Positions 1-8,229 of a stretch of DNA of 40,305 bases are shown piece after piece; the stretch's first letter is position 1, and each line of letters begins with the position of its first letter. Made by a program: the position numbers and the translations under genes. This stretch comes from Patescibacteria group bacterium. GTDB taxonomy: Bacteria > Patescibacteriota > Microgenomatia > JAADGY01. Below the pieces are notes generated by a model. That model was not told where the DNA came from. It saw only the letters and a list, made by a program, of their open reading frames with translations, and ran no database searches. The stretch spans positions 1 through 40,305 of the forward strand of contig JAJRVN010000050.1 of assembly GCA_024277325.1 (NCBI GenBank). The letters run 5' to 3'.

Positions 1-480
1 CCTTATCTTAACTTCAAGTTTGACGGCCTGCCGGCGGCCAAAAAGGCAAGTCAAAAACTGTTTCAGCAAACCGACATCAAGCCAAGTCGGGTTGATCTGG
101 CCGAGCTTCATGATTGTTTTACCATCGCCGAGGCCATGGCTGTGGTTGATCTTGGTTTGGTCGGTAAGAATGAATTGGTTAAGTTCTACGCTGATTATTA
201 CACCAACAAAAAGCCGCCCAAGGGCAAACCGTACATTAACACCTCCGGCGGCCTTAAGGCTTGCGGCCATCCCATTGGAGCTACTGGAGTAAAACAAGTA
301 GCCGAGATCTATCTTCAACTCACCGGCCAAGCCGATAAGCGTCAGATAGATAAGCCGCGTATCGGTTTAAGCCATAATGTCGGCGGTTCCGGTGGCACGG
401 TATTTGTTTCATTGTGGCAATCATTATCAACATCCTTGTCAACCTCCGGGGTTGCTCAGAGGGGCAACCCCGGAGGTTGA
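1..480 (+). CDS. Acetyl-CoA acetyltransferase (thiolase), archaeal/SCP-x-like type; C-terminal fragment, 5' end outside window
   Basis: Frame +1 is open from nt 1. The translation ...VDLAELHDCFTIAEAMAVVDLGL...NTSGGLKACGHPIGATGVKQVAEIY...GLSHNVGGSGGTVFV matches the conserved C-terminal half of thiolases. Stop TGA 478-480 lies inside a palindromic repeat, and the last ~20 codons look repeat-derived. Confidence 0.85.
   Translation, partial: PYLNFKFDGLPAAKKASQKLFQQTDIKPSRVDLAELHDCFTIAEAMAVVDLGLVGKNELVKFYADYYTNKKPPKGKPYINTSGGLKACGHPIGATGVKQVAEIYLQLTGQADKRQIDKPRIGLSHNVGGSGGTVFVSLWQSLSTSLSTSGVAQRGNPGG
439..480. repeat. Palindromic repeat copy A: perfect 17-bp inverted repeat with an 8-nt loop
   Basis: TCAACCTCCGGGGTTGC (439-455) is the exact reverse complement of GCAACCCCGGAGGTTGA (464-480); the loop is TCAGAGGG. 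The unit ~GGGGTTGNNCAGAGGGGCAACCCCGGNGGTTGACAA recurs at 952-995. Confidence 0.85.
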
Positions 481-514
481 CAAAAAATATCAAATTATAA
501 AAAAGTGAAATCCT

Positions 515-1018
515 ATGAACACAACTCCAGCCGGCAACAAAAGGTGGCATCAAAGCTTTCATAAGATAAGCTTATGCCTCAATTGCGGTTTGGCTTTCTG
601 GCGGGTTGGGCCTGTTTGCCCCAACTGCCAAAGGCGGTTAATTACTATCCGCCGGTCAATCTTGGGACTAACGGGTAAAATAATCTCATATACCTACTAC
701 CAACAAAACCTAGTCATGCAAGATAAAGTAAAGCACCAACCCCAAATTGTCGCCCTGGTTAAGCTTGATGTTGATTATAAAAAACGAAAATATGATCTTT
801 TCCTCGATCTGCCTTTGGTGGCCGAAGCCAAAGTTAATAAAGTTGATTTTAACCAACCGGTTAAGGTTGTCCTGAGATTAAAAACTCAATTCAACCCGGA
901 TCAGCCCCTGCTTTATTTACCCAAACTCCAACCTTTACCCACTTATTCTGGTCAACCCCCGGGGTTGACCAGAGGGGCAACCCCGGGGGTTGACAAACCA
1001 TCGGAGGAGGAAGTATGA
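515..1018 (+). CDS. DUF35-type zinc-ribbon/OB-fold protein (thiolase/HMG-CoA synthase partner)
   Basis: Zinc ribbon CLNCGLAFWRVGPVCPNC followed by a beta-rich OB-like segment (GKIISYT...IVALVKLD...PVKVVLRLK). It sits directly downstream of the thiolase gene. Stop TGA 1016-1018 overlaps the next start (ATGA). Confidence 0.75.
   Translation: MNTTPAGNKRWHQSFHKISLCLNCGLAFWRVGPVCPNCQRRLITIRRSILGLTGKIISYTYYQQNLVMQDKVKHQPQIVALVKLDVDYKKRKYDLFLDLPLVAEAKVNKVDFNQPVKVVLRLKTQFNPDQPLLYLPKLQPLPTYSGQPPGLTRGATPGVDKPSEEEV
952..993. repeat. Palindromic repeat copy B: 17-nt arms (16/17 complementary) with an 8-nt loop
   Basis: TCAACCCCCGGGGTTGA (952-968), loop CCAGAGGG, then GCAACCCCGGGGGTTGA (977-993). It has the same loop and arm family as copy A and sits in the last codons of the DUF35 ORF. 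Confidence 0.85.
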
Positions 1019-2013
1019 CTAAACAAAGAAAACTTGACCATATCAAGTTAGCGCTTGAGAACAAAAATCAAGACAATGTTAACTATTGGGACCAAGTTAG
1101 TCTACCCTACCAGGCTTTGCCGGAAAAAGATTTTGATCAAATCGACACCTCGGTTGATTTTTTAGGCAAACAACTGTCCTTGCCTTTAATCATCGGCCCA
1201 ATGACGGTGCCGGTTGATGACTCAAGCTTTAAGCTCAACCAACTTTTGGTTCAGCTGGTTCATGAGAGAGGAGTCGCTTTTGCCTTAGGCAGCCAGCGGA
1301 TCATGATTGAAAACAATCTTGATAAACGGGTCAAAAAGTTAAGAAAGCTGGCCCCCCAAGCTTGCTTGCTGGCCAACTTCGGCGCCGTCCAGCTAAACTA
1401 CGGCTGGGGAACAGATCAGGTCCAAAGGTGTATCGACAGCCTGGAGGCTGACGGTTTAATGCTTCATCTTAATCTGCTCCAAGAACTTATCCAACCAAAT
1501 GGCAATACTGATTTCTCCGGCCTGCTTGGCAAGATAGAAAAATTGGTCAAGCAAATTAAACTGCCGGTTATTGTTAAAGAAGTTGGTTTCGGCATCGATC
1601 CGGCAACCGCCAAAAAGCTTTACCAGATTGGAGTCTATGGCATCGATGTGGCCGGCAAAGGCGGCACTAACTGGGCTAAGATTGAATCCTCAAGGCGGCT
1701 GGATAGTTGGGCTCGGCCGATGTTTGAGATCGGCTGGCCGGCGCCACACCTGGTTGAAAAAATCGCTGGGCTTAAACCAAAAGAGAAGGTTTTAATCGCC
1801 TCCGGCGGCATCCGCCACGGTCTCCACATCGCCAAAGCCATCCACCTGGGGGCCGATATGGCCTCGATGGCCCAACCTTTCTTAACCGCCGCCCAGTCAG
1901 GTTATAATAACCTAATTAATTTATACAACCGCCTATCTTGGCAATATAAAGTTGGTTTGATGGTATCCTTCAATAACAAACAAGTTATACCTGATTCCGG
2001 GATTAACCAATAG
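1015..2013 (+). CDS. fni: Isopentenyl-diphosphate delta-isomerase, type 2 (FMN-dependent)
   Basis: 332 aa. N-terminus RKLDHIKLAL, then VKEVGFG and ASGGIRHG glycine motifs typical of IDI-2 TIM-barrel enzymes. Translationally coupled to the upstream gene. Confidence 0.9.
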   Translation: MTKQRKLDHIKLALENKNQDNVNYWDQVSLPYQALPEKDFDQIDTSVDFLGKQLSLPLIIGPMTVPVDDSSFKLNQLLVQLVHERGVAFALGSQRIMIENNLDKRVKKLRKLAPQACLLANFGAVQLNYGWGTDQVQRCIDSLEADGLMLHLNLLQELIQPNGNTDFSGLLGKIEKLVKQIKLPVIVKEVGFGIDPATAKKLYQIGVYGIDVAGKGGTNWAKIESSRRLDSWARPMFEIGWPAPHLVEKIAGLKPKEKVLIASGGIRHGLHIAKAIHLGADMASMAQPFLTAAQSGYNNLINLYNRLSWQYKVGLMVSFNNKQVIPDSGINQ

Positions 2014-2050
2014 ATTATATGTTCATTCTAGCAAGTTATCTAAACATAAG

Positions 2051-3010
2051 ATGAGTGGTCAAAAAATAATATCTTATTCCTCGCCGGCCAAGGTTATTCT
2101 CTCCGGAGAGCATGCGGTGGTTTTTGGCAAGCCGGCTTTGGTTGCGGCGATTGACCTTAGGTTAAAAGTAAGTCTTTGGCCAAGTGATAAACAAAACCAA
2201 AGCCAGCCTATTTCAATAATAAAAAAACTTGTGGAAGCATACCTCCTTAAGCAAAAGATTCGTTTTCAAGCCCGGCCGTTTAACTATGCAATAACCTCCC
2301 AAATACCAATGGGCAGGGGTTTGGGGTCGTCAGCTGCCTTAGCCTGTGCCGGTTCAGCAGCAATTTTACAGTTCTATAGTCAAAAACAGGTTACAAAAGA
2401 AGAGATAAACACGGTTGCGTACGAGGTGGAAAAATATTATCACCAAACTCCATCCGGCGTGGACAATAGTGTCAGTTGCTTGGGTGGTTTGGTTTTTTAC
2501 CGGAAAGAATTCGAGTTTTTAAAAAACATCAACCTCTTACCCTTTGATATTCCCAGCTCAATAAATAAGCGGCTTTTTTTGATCGACAGTGGCAAAGCCA
2601 AAGAATCAACAGCAAAGATGGTTTTAAAAGTTAAAAACAGCCTTATCAAGCAAAACAAAAACAAGGTGCTGTCCGATATAGAAAACACCACCAAAATGAT
2701 GGTCATTGCCCTTAAACAAAACGATGTTTGCGGTTTTAAGTCAGCTATTAATATAAATCAAAGATTATTGGCAAAATTGGCTGTGGTTTCTCCGTCAACC
2801 AAATTATTGCTTAAGAAACTCGGGCAATATGGGGTCGGAAAAATAACCGGAGCTGGAGGGGTTGCTGAAGGAAGCGGGTATATTCTTTTCTTTGCCGATC
2901 AAGTGGACCAACTATGTCATTACCTTGATAAACATAAGATAACCTATTTCAAATTCAGCCAAGATAATAAAGGAACCATTAACCTGTCTCAGGTTGAGAA
3001 AAAATATTAA
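2051..3010 (+). CDS. mvk: Mevalonate kinase (GHMP family)
   Basis: PAKVILSGEHAVVFGKPALVAAID, PMGRGLGSSAALA and GKITGAGG correspond to GHMP motifs I-III in a mevalonate-kinase arrangement. Confidence 0.85.
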   Translation: MSGQKIISYSSPAKVILSGEHAVVFGKPALVAAIDLRLKVSLWPSDKQNQSQPISIIKKLVEAYLLKQKIRFQARPFNYAITSQIPMGRGLGSSAALACAGSAAILQFYSQKQVTKEEINTVAYEVEKYYHQTPSGVDNSVSCLGGLVFYRKEFEFLKNINLLPFDIPSSINKRLFLIDSGKAKESTAKMVLKVKNSLIKQNKNKVLSDIENTTKMMVIALKQNDVCGFKSAININQRLLAKLAVVSPSTKLLLKKLGQYGVGKITGAGGVAEGSGYILFFADQVDQLCHYLDKHKITYFKFSQDNKGTINLSQVEKKY

Positions 3011-3032
3011 GTTGTTACTATTGATAAATTAT

Positions 3033-4067
3033 ATGCATCATATCTCTAAACCAAAAAAGAAAAAGGCCTCGGCCATAGCAAATAGCAACATAGCTCTAAT
3101 CAAATATTGGGGGAAAAGAGATGATGAGCTTCATCTTCCTTACAATAACAGTATCAGCGTAACCTTGTCCGGCTTGTTTACTCATACAACGGTTGATTTT
3201 AACAAAGAATATTCTCAAGATGTCCTGATTCTAAACGGAAAAAGGATAAAACCAGATAATGATAAATATAAATACATAGCGAAGTTCTTAAACAGCCTGC
3301 GCAAATCCTTTCCCCAAAAACTTTCCGGTCTTAAAATCAAAATTGTTTCTAAAAATAACTTTCCAACCGGAGCCGGACTTGCTTCATCGGCCTCAGGCTT
3401 TGCCGCCTTGACCGCTGCTTGTAACGAAGCTCTTGGCTTGGGTCTAGACAAAAGACAACTGAGTATTCTGGCTCGGAGAGGCTCGGGTTCGGCTGCTCGG
3501 TCAATCTTTGGAGGTTTTGTTGAGTGGCATAAGGGTTCTAACCAAGATGGGTCCGATAGTTACGCCAGCCAAATAGCCGATAAAAATTACTGGCCCGAGT
3601 TCAAAATTATTATATGTACCACTAATACAAAAGAAAAAGAAATAAAAAGCCGAGCCGGCATGAGAACAACCATAAAAACTTGTCCATTCTATTCCGGGTG
3701 GCTCAAGACCATAAAGCATGACATTGAAATAGCCAGACAAGCTATTACTGAAAAAGATTTCAGCAGCCTGGGTCAAATAGCTGAAACCAACTGTCTTAAG
3801 CTACATGCTCTGATGATAACAACGTATCCACCCATCATTTATTGGAACGAGTCAACAATTAGCCTTATACGCTCTATACTTAACTGGAGAAAGGAGGGTT
3901 TGGAGTGCTACTTTACCATAGACGCCGGCCCGCAAGTTAAGATTTTATGCCGCAACAGCGATACTGCAACAATCATTAAAAAGTTAAAGGATATGACCTT
4001 TATAAAAAACATAAAGTTGTCACAGCCGGGTTCCGGAGTAAAAATTAGTAATTTTCATTTATTTTAG
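3033..4067 (+). CDS. mvaD: Diphosphomevalonate decarboxylase
   Basis: ANSNIALIKYWGKRD, FPTGAGLASSASGFAAL and RRGSGSAARSIFGGFVEW are textbook MDD motifs. The ORF is open from TTG 2994, but ATG 3033 lies just after the mvk stop (3008-3010) and gives a normal-length N-terminus. Confidence 0.9.
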   Translation: MHHISKPKKKKASAIANSNIALIKYWGKRDDELHLPYNNSISVTLSGLFTHTTVDFNKEYSQDVLILNGKRIKPDNDKYKYIAKFLNSLRKSFPQKLSGLKIKIVSKNNFPTGAGLASSASGFAALTAACNEALGLGLDKRQLSILARRGSGSAARSIFGGFVEWHKGSNQDGSDSYASQIADKNYWPEFKIIICTTNTKEKEIKSRAGMRTTIKTCPFYSGWLKTIKHDIEIARQAITEKDFSSLGQIAETNCLKLHALMITTYPPIIYWNESTISLIRSILNWRKEGLECYFTIDAGPQVKILCRNSDTATIIKKLKDMTFIKNIKLSQPGSGVKISNFHLF

Positions 4068-4074
4068 ATAAATT

Positions 4075-5202
4075 ATGATCAAAGTATCTGCTCCTGGGAA
4101 ATTAATGATCGCGGGCGAATGGGGGGTTCTGGAACCGCCTAATCCATGTATAGTAACCGCTATCAATAAGCGTGTGTTCGTGGAGGTGGAAACAAGCCAA
4201 AAAATAGAAATAGAGATGGAGGATTTTAATTTAAAAGCTTCGGGCACCGTACATAATGACGGACACTTGCGATTTGACCAAAAAATGTCCTCTAGTAATT
4301 TGGATTTGGTTAAGTTTGTCAAAACCGCTATTGAAATCTTCAATCAATATACGGGGGGTATAAAACCATTAAGGATCAGAACTTGGTGTGATCAGGTTGG
4401 CGAAAAAAGAACAAACAAGGTAAGTTCCATTGGTTTTGGCTCTTCTGGAGCCAGTGTGGCGGCTATTATAGCAGCCTTACTTAAGTTTCATGGTGAAGAA
4501 ATACAAACTTTCAAAGCTAGGGAAAAAATATATAAACTTGCGATGATTACTCATTATCTAGCTCAATTAAAGGTGGGCTCGGGCTTTGATGTGGCTGCCT
4601 CAACTTATGGTGGAGTAATCGCTTATCGAAGGCCTGACCCCATATGGCTGGTTAAAAAAATGTATGGAGCAAAAGATAAAGAGTTAAAAAAACTTATCGA
4701 TACAAAGTGGCCATTTCTTGAGATAAAGCCCTTAAATGTTCCCAACAAACTTCAATTGACAGTGGCCTGGACTCGGAAAAAAAACTCAACAAGTCAAATG
4801 ATTAAAAAAGTGTACGATTGGAAAAACAACGGGCATCAAAAGGAATATAAACAGATATGTAACCAGATTGGTTCTTTGGTCCACCAGCTAATAATTGCTT
4901 GGAGGAGTGAAGATGTAGATCAAATCTTAAATTTATTAAAAAAAGATGAATTACTCCTGCGGGAACTGGGAATAAAATCTGGAGTCGAGATAGAAACTAA
5001 AGAACTTCACCTTTTGTCCAAGATAGCTGGTAAGTTGGGCGCTGCTGGTAAGCTATCCGGAGCTGGTGGTGGTGACTGTGGTATAGCGGTATCTTTTGAT
5101 AACAAAACTTATCAAAAGATACGTGATTCTTACACTAAAAAAGGGTTAAAGGTTCTGGATGTCAACATAGATTTTCAAGGAATAAAAGAATATTCTGTAT
5201 GA
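4075..5202 (+). CDS. mvaK2: Phosphomevalonate kinase (GHMP type)
   Basis: KVSAPGKLMIAGEWGVLE, GFGSSGASVAAII, GSGFDVAAS, VAWTRKKNSTSQMIKKV and KLSGAGGGDCGIAVSFD match Gram-positive-type phosphomevalonate kinases. Confidence 0.85.
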   Translation: MIKVSAPGKLMIAGEWGVLEPPNPCIVTAINKRVFVEVETSQKIEIEMEDFNLKASGTVHNDGHLRFDQKMSSSNLDLVKFVKTAIEIFNQYTGGIKPLRIRTWCDQVGEKRTNKVSSIGFGSSGASVAAIIAALLKFHGEEIQTFKAREKIYKLAMITHYLAQLKVGSGFDVAASTYGGVIAYRRPDPIWLVKKMYGAKDKELKKLIDTKWPFLEIKPLNVPNKLQLTVAWTRKKNSTSQMIKKVYDWKNNGHQKEYKQICNQIGSLVHQLIIAWRSEDVDQILNLLKKDELLLRELGIKSGVEIETKELHLLSKIAGKLGAAGKLSGAGGGDCGIAVSFDNKTYQKIRDSYTKKGLKVLDVNIDFQGIKEYSV

Positions 5203-5258
5203 TTATAATTATACTGATAAAACCACGGTTATAAAAACAACTTAAGGAGATTTTAAGG

Positions 5259-5978
5259 ATGACTCTACTAAAACATATCGCCATTATTATGGACGGCAAC
5301 CGCCGCTGGGCCAGAAAACAAAACAAGCCAAGTTTTTATGGCCATCGTTGGGCTATGGAAAAGACCATCGAACCAATCCTTGATTATGTTAAGTCGATTG
5401 GGATTCCATACATTACTCTCTGGGCCTTTTCAACTGAGAATTGGCGGCGGGACCCAAAAGAAGTTAACAGCTTAATCAACTTATTCAGAGAAGGTTTTAG
5501 AAAATATGGTGAAAAATTCGTTCAAAAACAGATAAGATTAAACGTCATCGGCGACTATACGGCCTTTCCAAAAGACATCGTTAAGCTGATTGATTATTAC
5601 AAAGACAAAACCGAAGGGTTTACTTCTCTTACCGCCACTTTTGCCATCAATTATGGCGGCCGGGACGAACTGTTACGGGCCTTTGCCAAAATCAACAAGC
5701 AAGAGCCAGAAATTTTAACTAAGATAAGTTCGTCAAATTGGCAGGAAAGGAAAAAGCTGGGAAACGCGGTCAATAAATTCTTGGACACCGCCGGTATGCC
5801 GAATCCGGACCTCGTTATCCGCACCGGCGGCGAAAAAAGATTGTCCGGCTACCTATTGTGGCAGATTGAGTATGCTGAGTTGTTTTTCACCGATACTCTA
5901 TGGCCTGATTTTAGCCCAGATGAGTTAAAAGAAATTTTAGAAGAATACGCCAACCGCCAACGCCGCTTCGGCGGTTGA
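5259..5978 (+). CDS. uppS: Undecaprenyl-diphosphate synthase (cis-prenyltransferase)
   Basis: HIAIIMDGNRRWA, ITLWAFSTENWRR, RTGGEKRLSGYLLWQIEYAELFF and C-terminal RRFGG. An AAGGAG ribosome-binding site lies ~10 nt upstream. Confidence 0.95.
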   Translation: MTLLKHIAIIMDGNRRWARKQNKPSFYGHRWAMEKTIEPILDYVKSIGIPYITLWAFSTENWRRDPKEVNSLINLFREGFRKYGEKFVQKQIRLNVIGDYTAFPKDIVKLIDYYKDKTEGFTSLTATFAINYGGRDELLRAFAKINKQEPEILTKISSSNWQERKKLGNAVNKFLDTAGMPNPDLVIRTGGEKRLSGYLLWQIEYAELFFTDTLWPDFSPDELKEILEEYANRQRRFGG

Positions 5979-5992
5979 CATTTTGTTTCGAC

Positions 5993-6044
5993 AAAAAATC
6001 TCCGCCCGAGCTTGTTTGTTACCAAACAAAACTTAAGCGGAGAT
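5993..6044 (-). terminator. Intrinsic terminator candidate for the 67-aa gene
   Basis: An 8-bp stem pairs ATCTCCGC (5998-6005) with GCGGAGAT (6037-6044); an inner 6-bp stem pairs TTTGTT with AACAAA. On the minus strand the hairpin is followed by a T-run (A-run 5993-5997 on the plus strand). Confidence 0.55.
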
Positions 6045-6060
6045 CTGTGTTTAGTTGCTG

Positions 6061-6264
6061 TTAAGCAGCCTTCTTTAAGACAGGAAGACCACTCTTCTTG
6101 GTCTCCATCACAACATAACCTGCTGGGACGGCGTCAAGAGCGTACTCTGGATTTTCGGTTTTGGCGAACCAATAGATTCTTTGAACTCGACCACCCTTAA
6201 GGGTTACCTCACGAGTATGAAGGTAATAAGTAACACCACGAGAGTTAGTATAACTGTATGCCAT
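6061..6264 (-). CDS. Small conserved hypothetical protein (67 aa)
   Basis: MAYSYTNSRGVTYYLHTREVTLKGGRVQRIYWFAKTENPEYALDAVPAGYVVMETKKSGLPVLKKAA. A GGGGGTGA ribosome-binding site lies ~10 nt upstream. The gene has its own TTGACA-17-TATATT promoter and a terminator. I cannot assign a function. Confidence 0.7.
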   Translation of the reverse strand: MAYSYTNSRGVTYYLHTREVTLKGGRVQRIYWFAKTENPEYALDAVPAGYVVMETKKSGLPVLKKAA

Positions 6265-6324
6265 TTTCTTTCTTCACCCCCTTTCTTTTTTGCCTGAACA
6301 ACAGGCGTAGTTTCTATCTTCCCT

Positions 6325-6353
6325 AATATATCTCTGTTTTCGCCTGTTGTCAA
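6325..6353 (-). promoter_or_regulatory. Sigma-70-type promoter for the 67-aa gene
   Basis: On the minus strand: TTGACA (6348-6353), exactly 17 nt of spacer, then TATATT (6325-6330). A 9-bp inverted repeat, CAACAGGCG (6299-6307) and CGCCTGTTG (6341-6349), brackets the -10 and start region. Confidence 0.5.
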
Positions 6354-6384
6354 CCTCAACAACGGAGCTGATATCATTATTGTT

Positions 6385-6407
6385 TTGTCAACCCCGGGGG
6401 TTGACAA
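6385..6407. repeat. Palindromic repeat copy C (single self-complementary arm)
   Basis: TTGTCAACCCCGGGGGTTGACAA shares its core, TCAACCCCGGGGGTTGA (6388-6404), with the arms of copies A and B. It lies in the divergent intergenic region between the 67-aa gene and the SpoIID-like gene. Confidence 0.8.
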
Positions 6408-6426
6408 AGAGTAAAATCTGTGGGTG

Positions 6427-8229
6427 ATGTATCATAAAAATATGATAAAGAAAATCCTGTTTTTCAGCCTTGTCATTCTGGTTGCCTTTGGTTGGCGACA
6501 GATATCTTGGGCTGATGAGATCGAGGATATCCAAAAACAAATCGACTCTTTAAGCCGCCAGCTGGAGATGAGCCGACAGGCCACCCGCCCACTTGAGTCA
6601 ACCCTCAACAAACTTAACTCCCAAATCGCCACTATCAGAAAAGAAATCAGCGGCATCACTAATCAACTTAAAAAAGAAGAGTTGGCAATTAAGCGGTTGG
6701 AGCTGTCCATAAGCCAAAAACAAGAAACCATAGACAAGCAAGAGCAACAATTAAGAACCCAAATCAATTACCACTACCGCTTAAGCCGAAGCATCTCGCC
6801 TTTGGGTTTGGTTTTTAACCAAGGCTTAAACCAGCAGACTCTATCTATACTGGCACTGGAGGAAAAAATTATGTTGTCGTTCCAAAACAAAATTCAAAAC
6901 TTATCCGCCAACATCGTCTCTATTAAAAAAACCAAGATAGAGATCCAAAAAAGGAAAAAAGATTTGGCCACAAAACAAAAGAAGTTAGCGGCTTTAAGAG
7001 CTCAACTTGACAAACAGGCCAATTTTTTCGCCAAGGAAATCAAGGGGGCCAAAGCTTACCAGGCCATGCTCAAAAACAAAATCACAGAATTATCTTTAAG
7101 ACAAAAGCAGTTACTGGCGGCTAAAACCGGGCTGTTCTCAACCAGTGTCGGCGATGTACCTTTAAGCGGCGACCCTCATGCCCGGGTCGACTATGATCCG
7201 GGTTTTCGGCCGGCTTTCGCTGCTTTTTCCTTCGGCGCCCCCCACCAAAAAGGTATGAGCCAATACGGCGCTTACGGACGGGCCAAAAAAGGCCAAAATT
7301 ATGAGCAGATTTTAAAGGCTTACTATGGCAATGTTCGGATTGAAACCGTTGACACCAACTTTAGTATCTCGACCGACCAAGGGGTTAAGCCTTTCGAAGA
7401 CAACTACCTTAAAGGCATTGCTGAGATGCCAACCAAGTGGGCTGATGACGGCGGTTTTGAAGCTTTAAAGGCCCAGGCCATTGCCGCCCGTTCCTACGCC
7501 TTAGCCTATACCGGCTGGCGAATGAATAGCCGAAGCCTCAAAAAATCAATCTGCACTAGCGAAAACTGTCAAGTTTATCACTCATCCAAGGCCGCCAATC
7601 CCGGCCGTTGGGGCGATGCTGTCAATGAAACTCGGGGTAAAATTTTGGTTAGTAATAACTCCAACGAGGTTGTCAACTCTTGGTATGCCTCAACCTCTGG
7701 CGGCTACCAAAAATCATACACTTCCCTCGGCCACTCAACACCGGGGTTTTGGGATACCGAGTGCGGCAACCAAAACTGCTGGACGCCGGATGCTTATGAA
7801 AAAATCGCCGGCTCACCTTGGTTTTACAAAGGTTGGTATAAAACTCGAGGCGGCAAATCATGCGGCCGGTCTCATCCATGGCTGACTCAAGATGAGATGG
7901 CTGATATCATCAACGCCGCCATTGTCTTAACCAACAACCAAGGGGATAAACCTCACATTTATCAACTGGATAGCTGTTTCGGCTCAAATCCTGATGTTTG
8001 GGATAAAAATCGAATGCGCCAAGAAGCTGACAAATACGGCGGGGCAGTGTCCCAAATCAACGGTGTCAAGGTAACCTATTCGACCGGCGGCTACACCAAT
8101 CAAGTAACTTTTTCGACCGACAAAGGCGACAAGACTTTTGACGGTGGATTATTTAAGCTGGTTTTTAACTTAAGGGCTCCCGGGGCTATACATATCAAAA
8201 GCAGATTGTATAATATAGAGAAGAAATGA
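6427..8229 (+). CDS. SpoIID/LytB-domain peptidoglycan-remodelling protein with an N-terminal membrane anchor and a long coiled coil
   Basis: N-terminal hydrophobic segment, ~200 aa of heptad-like Q/K/E/L-rich sequence, then SpoIID hallmarks: MSQYGAYGRAKKGQNYEQILKAYYGN and YLKGIAEMPTKWADDGGFEALKAQAIAARSYALAYTG. The ORF is also open from GTG 6424. Confidence 0.85.
   Translation: MYHKNMIKKILFFSLVILVAFGWRQISWADEIEDIQKQIDSLSRQLEMSRQATRPLESTLNKLNSQIATIRKEISGITNQLKKEELAIKRLELSISQKQETIDKQEQQLRTQINYHYRLSRSISPLGLVFNQGLNQQTLSILALEEKIMLSFQNKIQNLSANIVSIKKTKIEIQKRKKDLATKQKKLAALRAQLDKQANFFAKEIKGAKAYQAMLKNKITELSLRQKQLLAAKTGLFSTSVGDVPLSGDPHARVDYDPGFRPAFAAFSFGAPHQKGMSQYGAYGRAKKGQNYEQILKAYYGNVRIETVDTNFSISTDQGVKPFEDNYLKGIAEMPTKWADDGGFEALKAQAIAARSYALAYTGWRMNSRSLKKSICTSENCQVYHSSKAANPGRWGDAVNETRGKILVSNNSNEVVNSWYASTSGGYQKSYTSLGHSTPGFWDTECGNQNCWTPDAYEKIAGSPWFYKGWYKTRGGKSCGRSHPWLTQDEMADIINAAIVLTNNQGDKPHIYQLDSCFGSNPDVWDKNRMRQEADKYGGAVSQINGVKVTYSTGGYTNQVTFSTDKGDKTFDGGLFKLVFNLRAPGAIHIKSRLYNIEKK

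Noticed and set aside
476-6406. TTGACA at the 3' edge of each palindromic repeat (476-481, 990-995, 6401-6406), considered as a transplanted -35 promoter box
   Set aside because: I found no -10-like hexamer at a 16-18 nt spacing downstream of any copy. For example, TAAAAT at 6412 is only 5 nt from the TTGACA. The promoter idea is not supported by spacing, so I keep it only as a remark within the repeat finding.
6012-6407. ORFs 6012-6200 (+) and 6204-6407 (-)
   Set aside because: The first is antisense to the well-supported 67-aa gene and spans its terminator. The second covers that gene's promoter and leader, and it starts inside the palindromic repeat.
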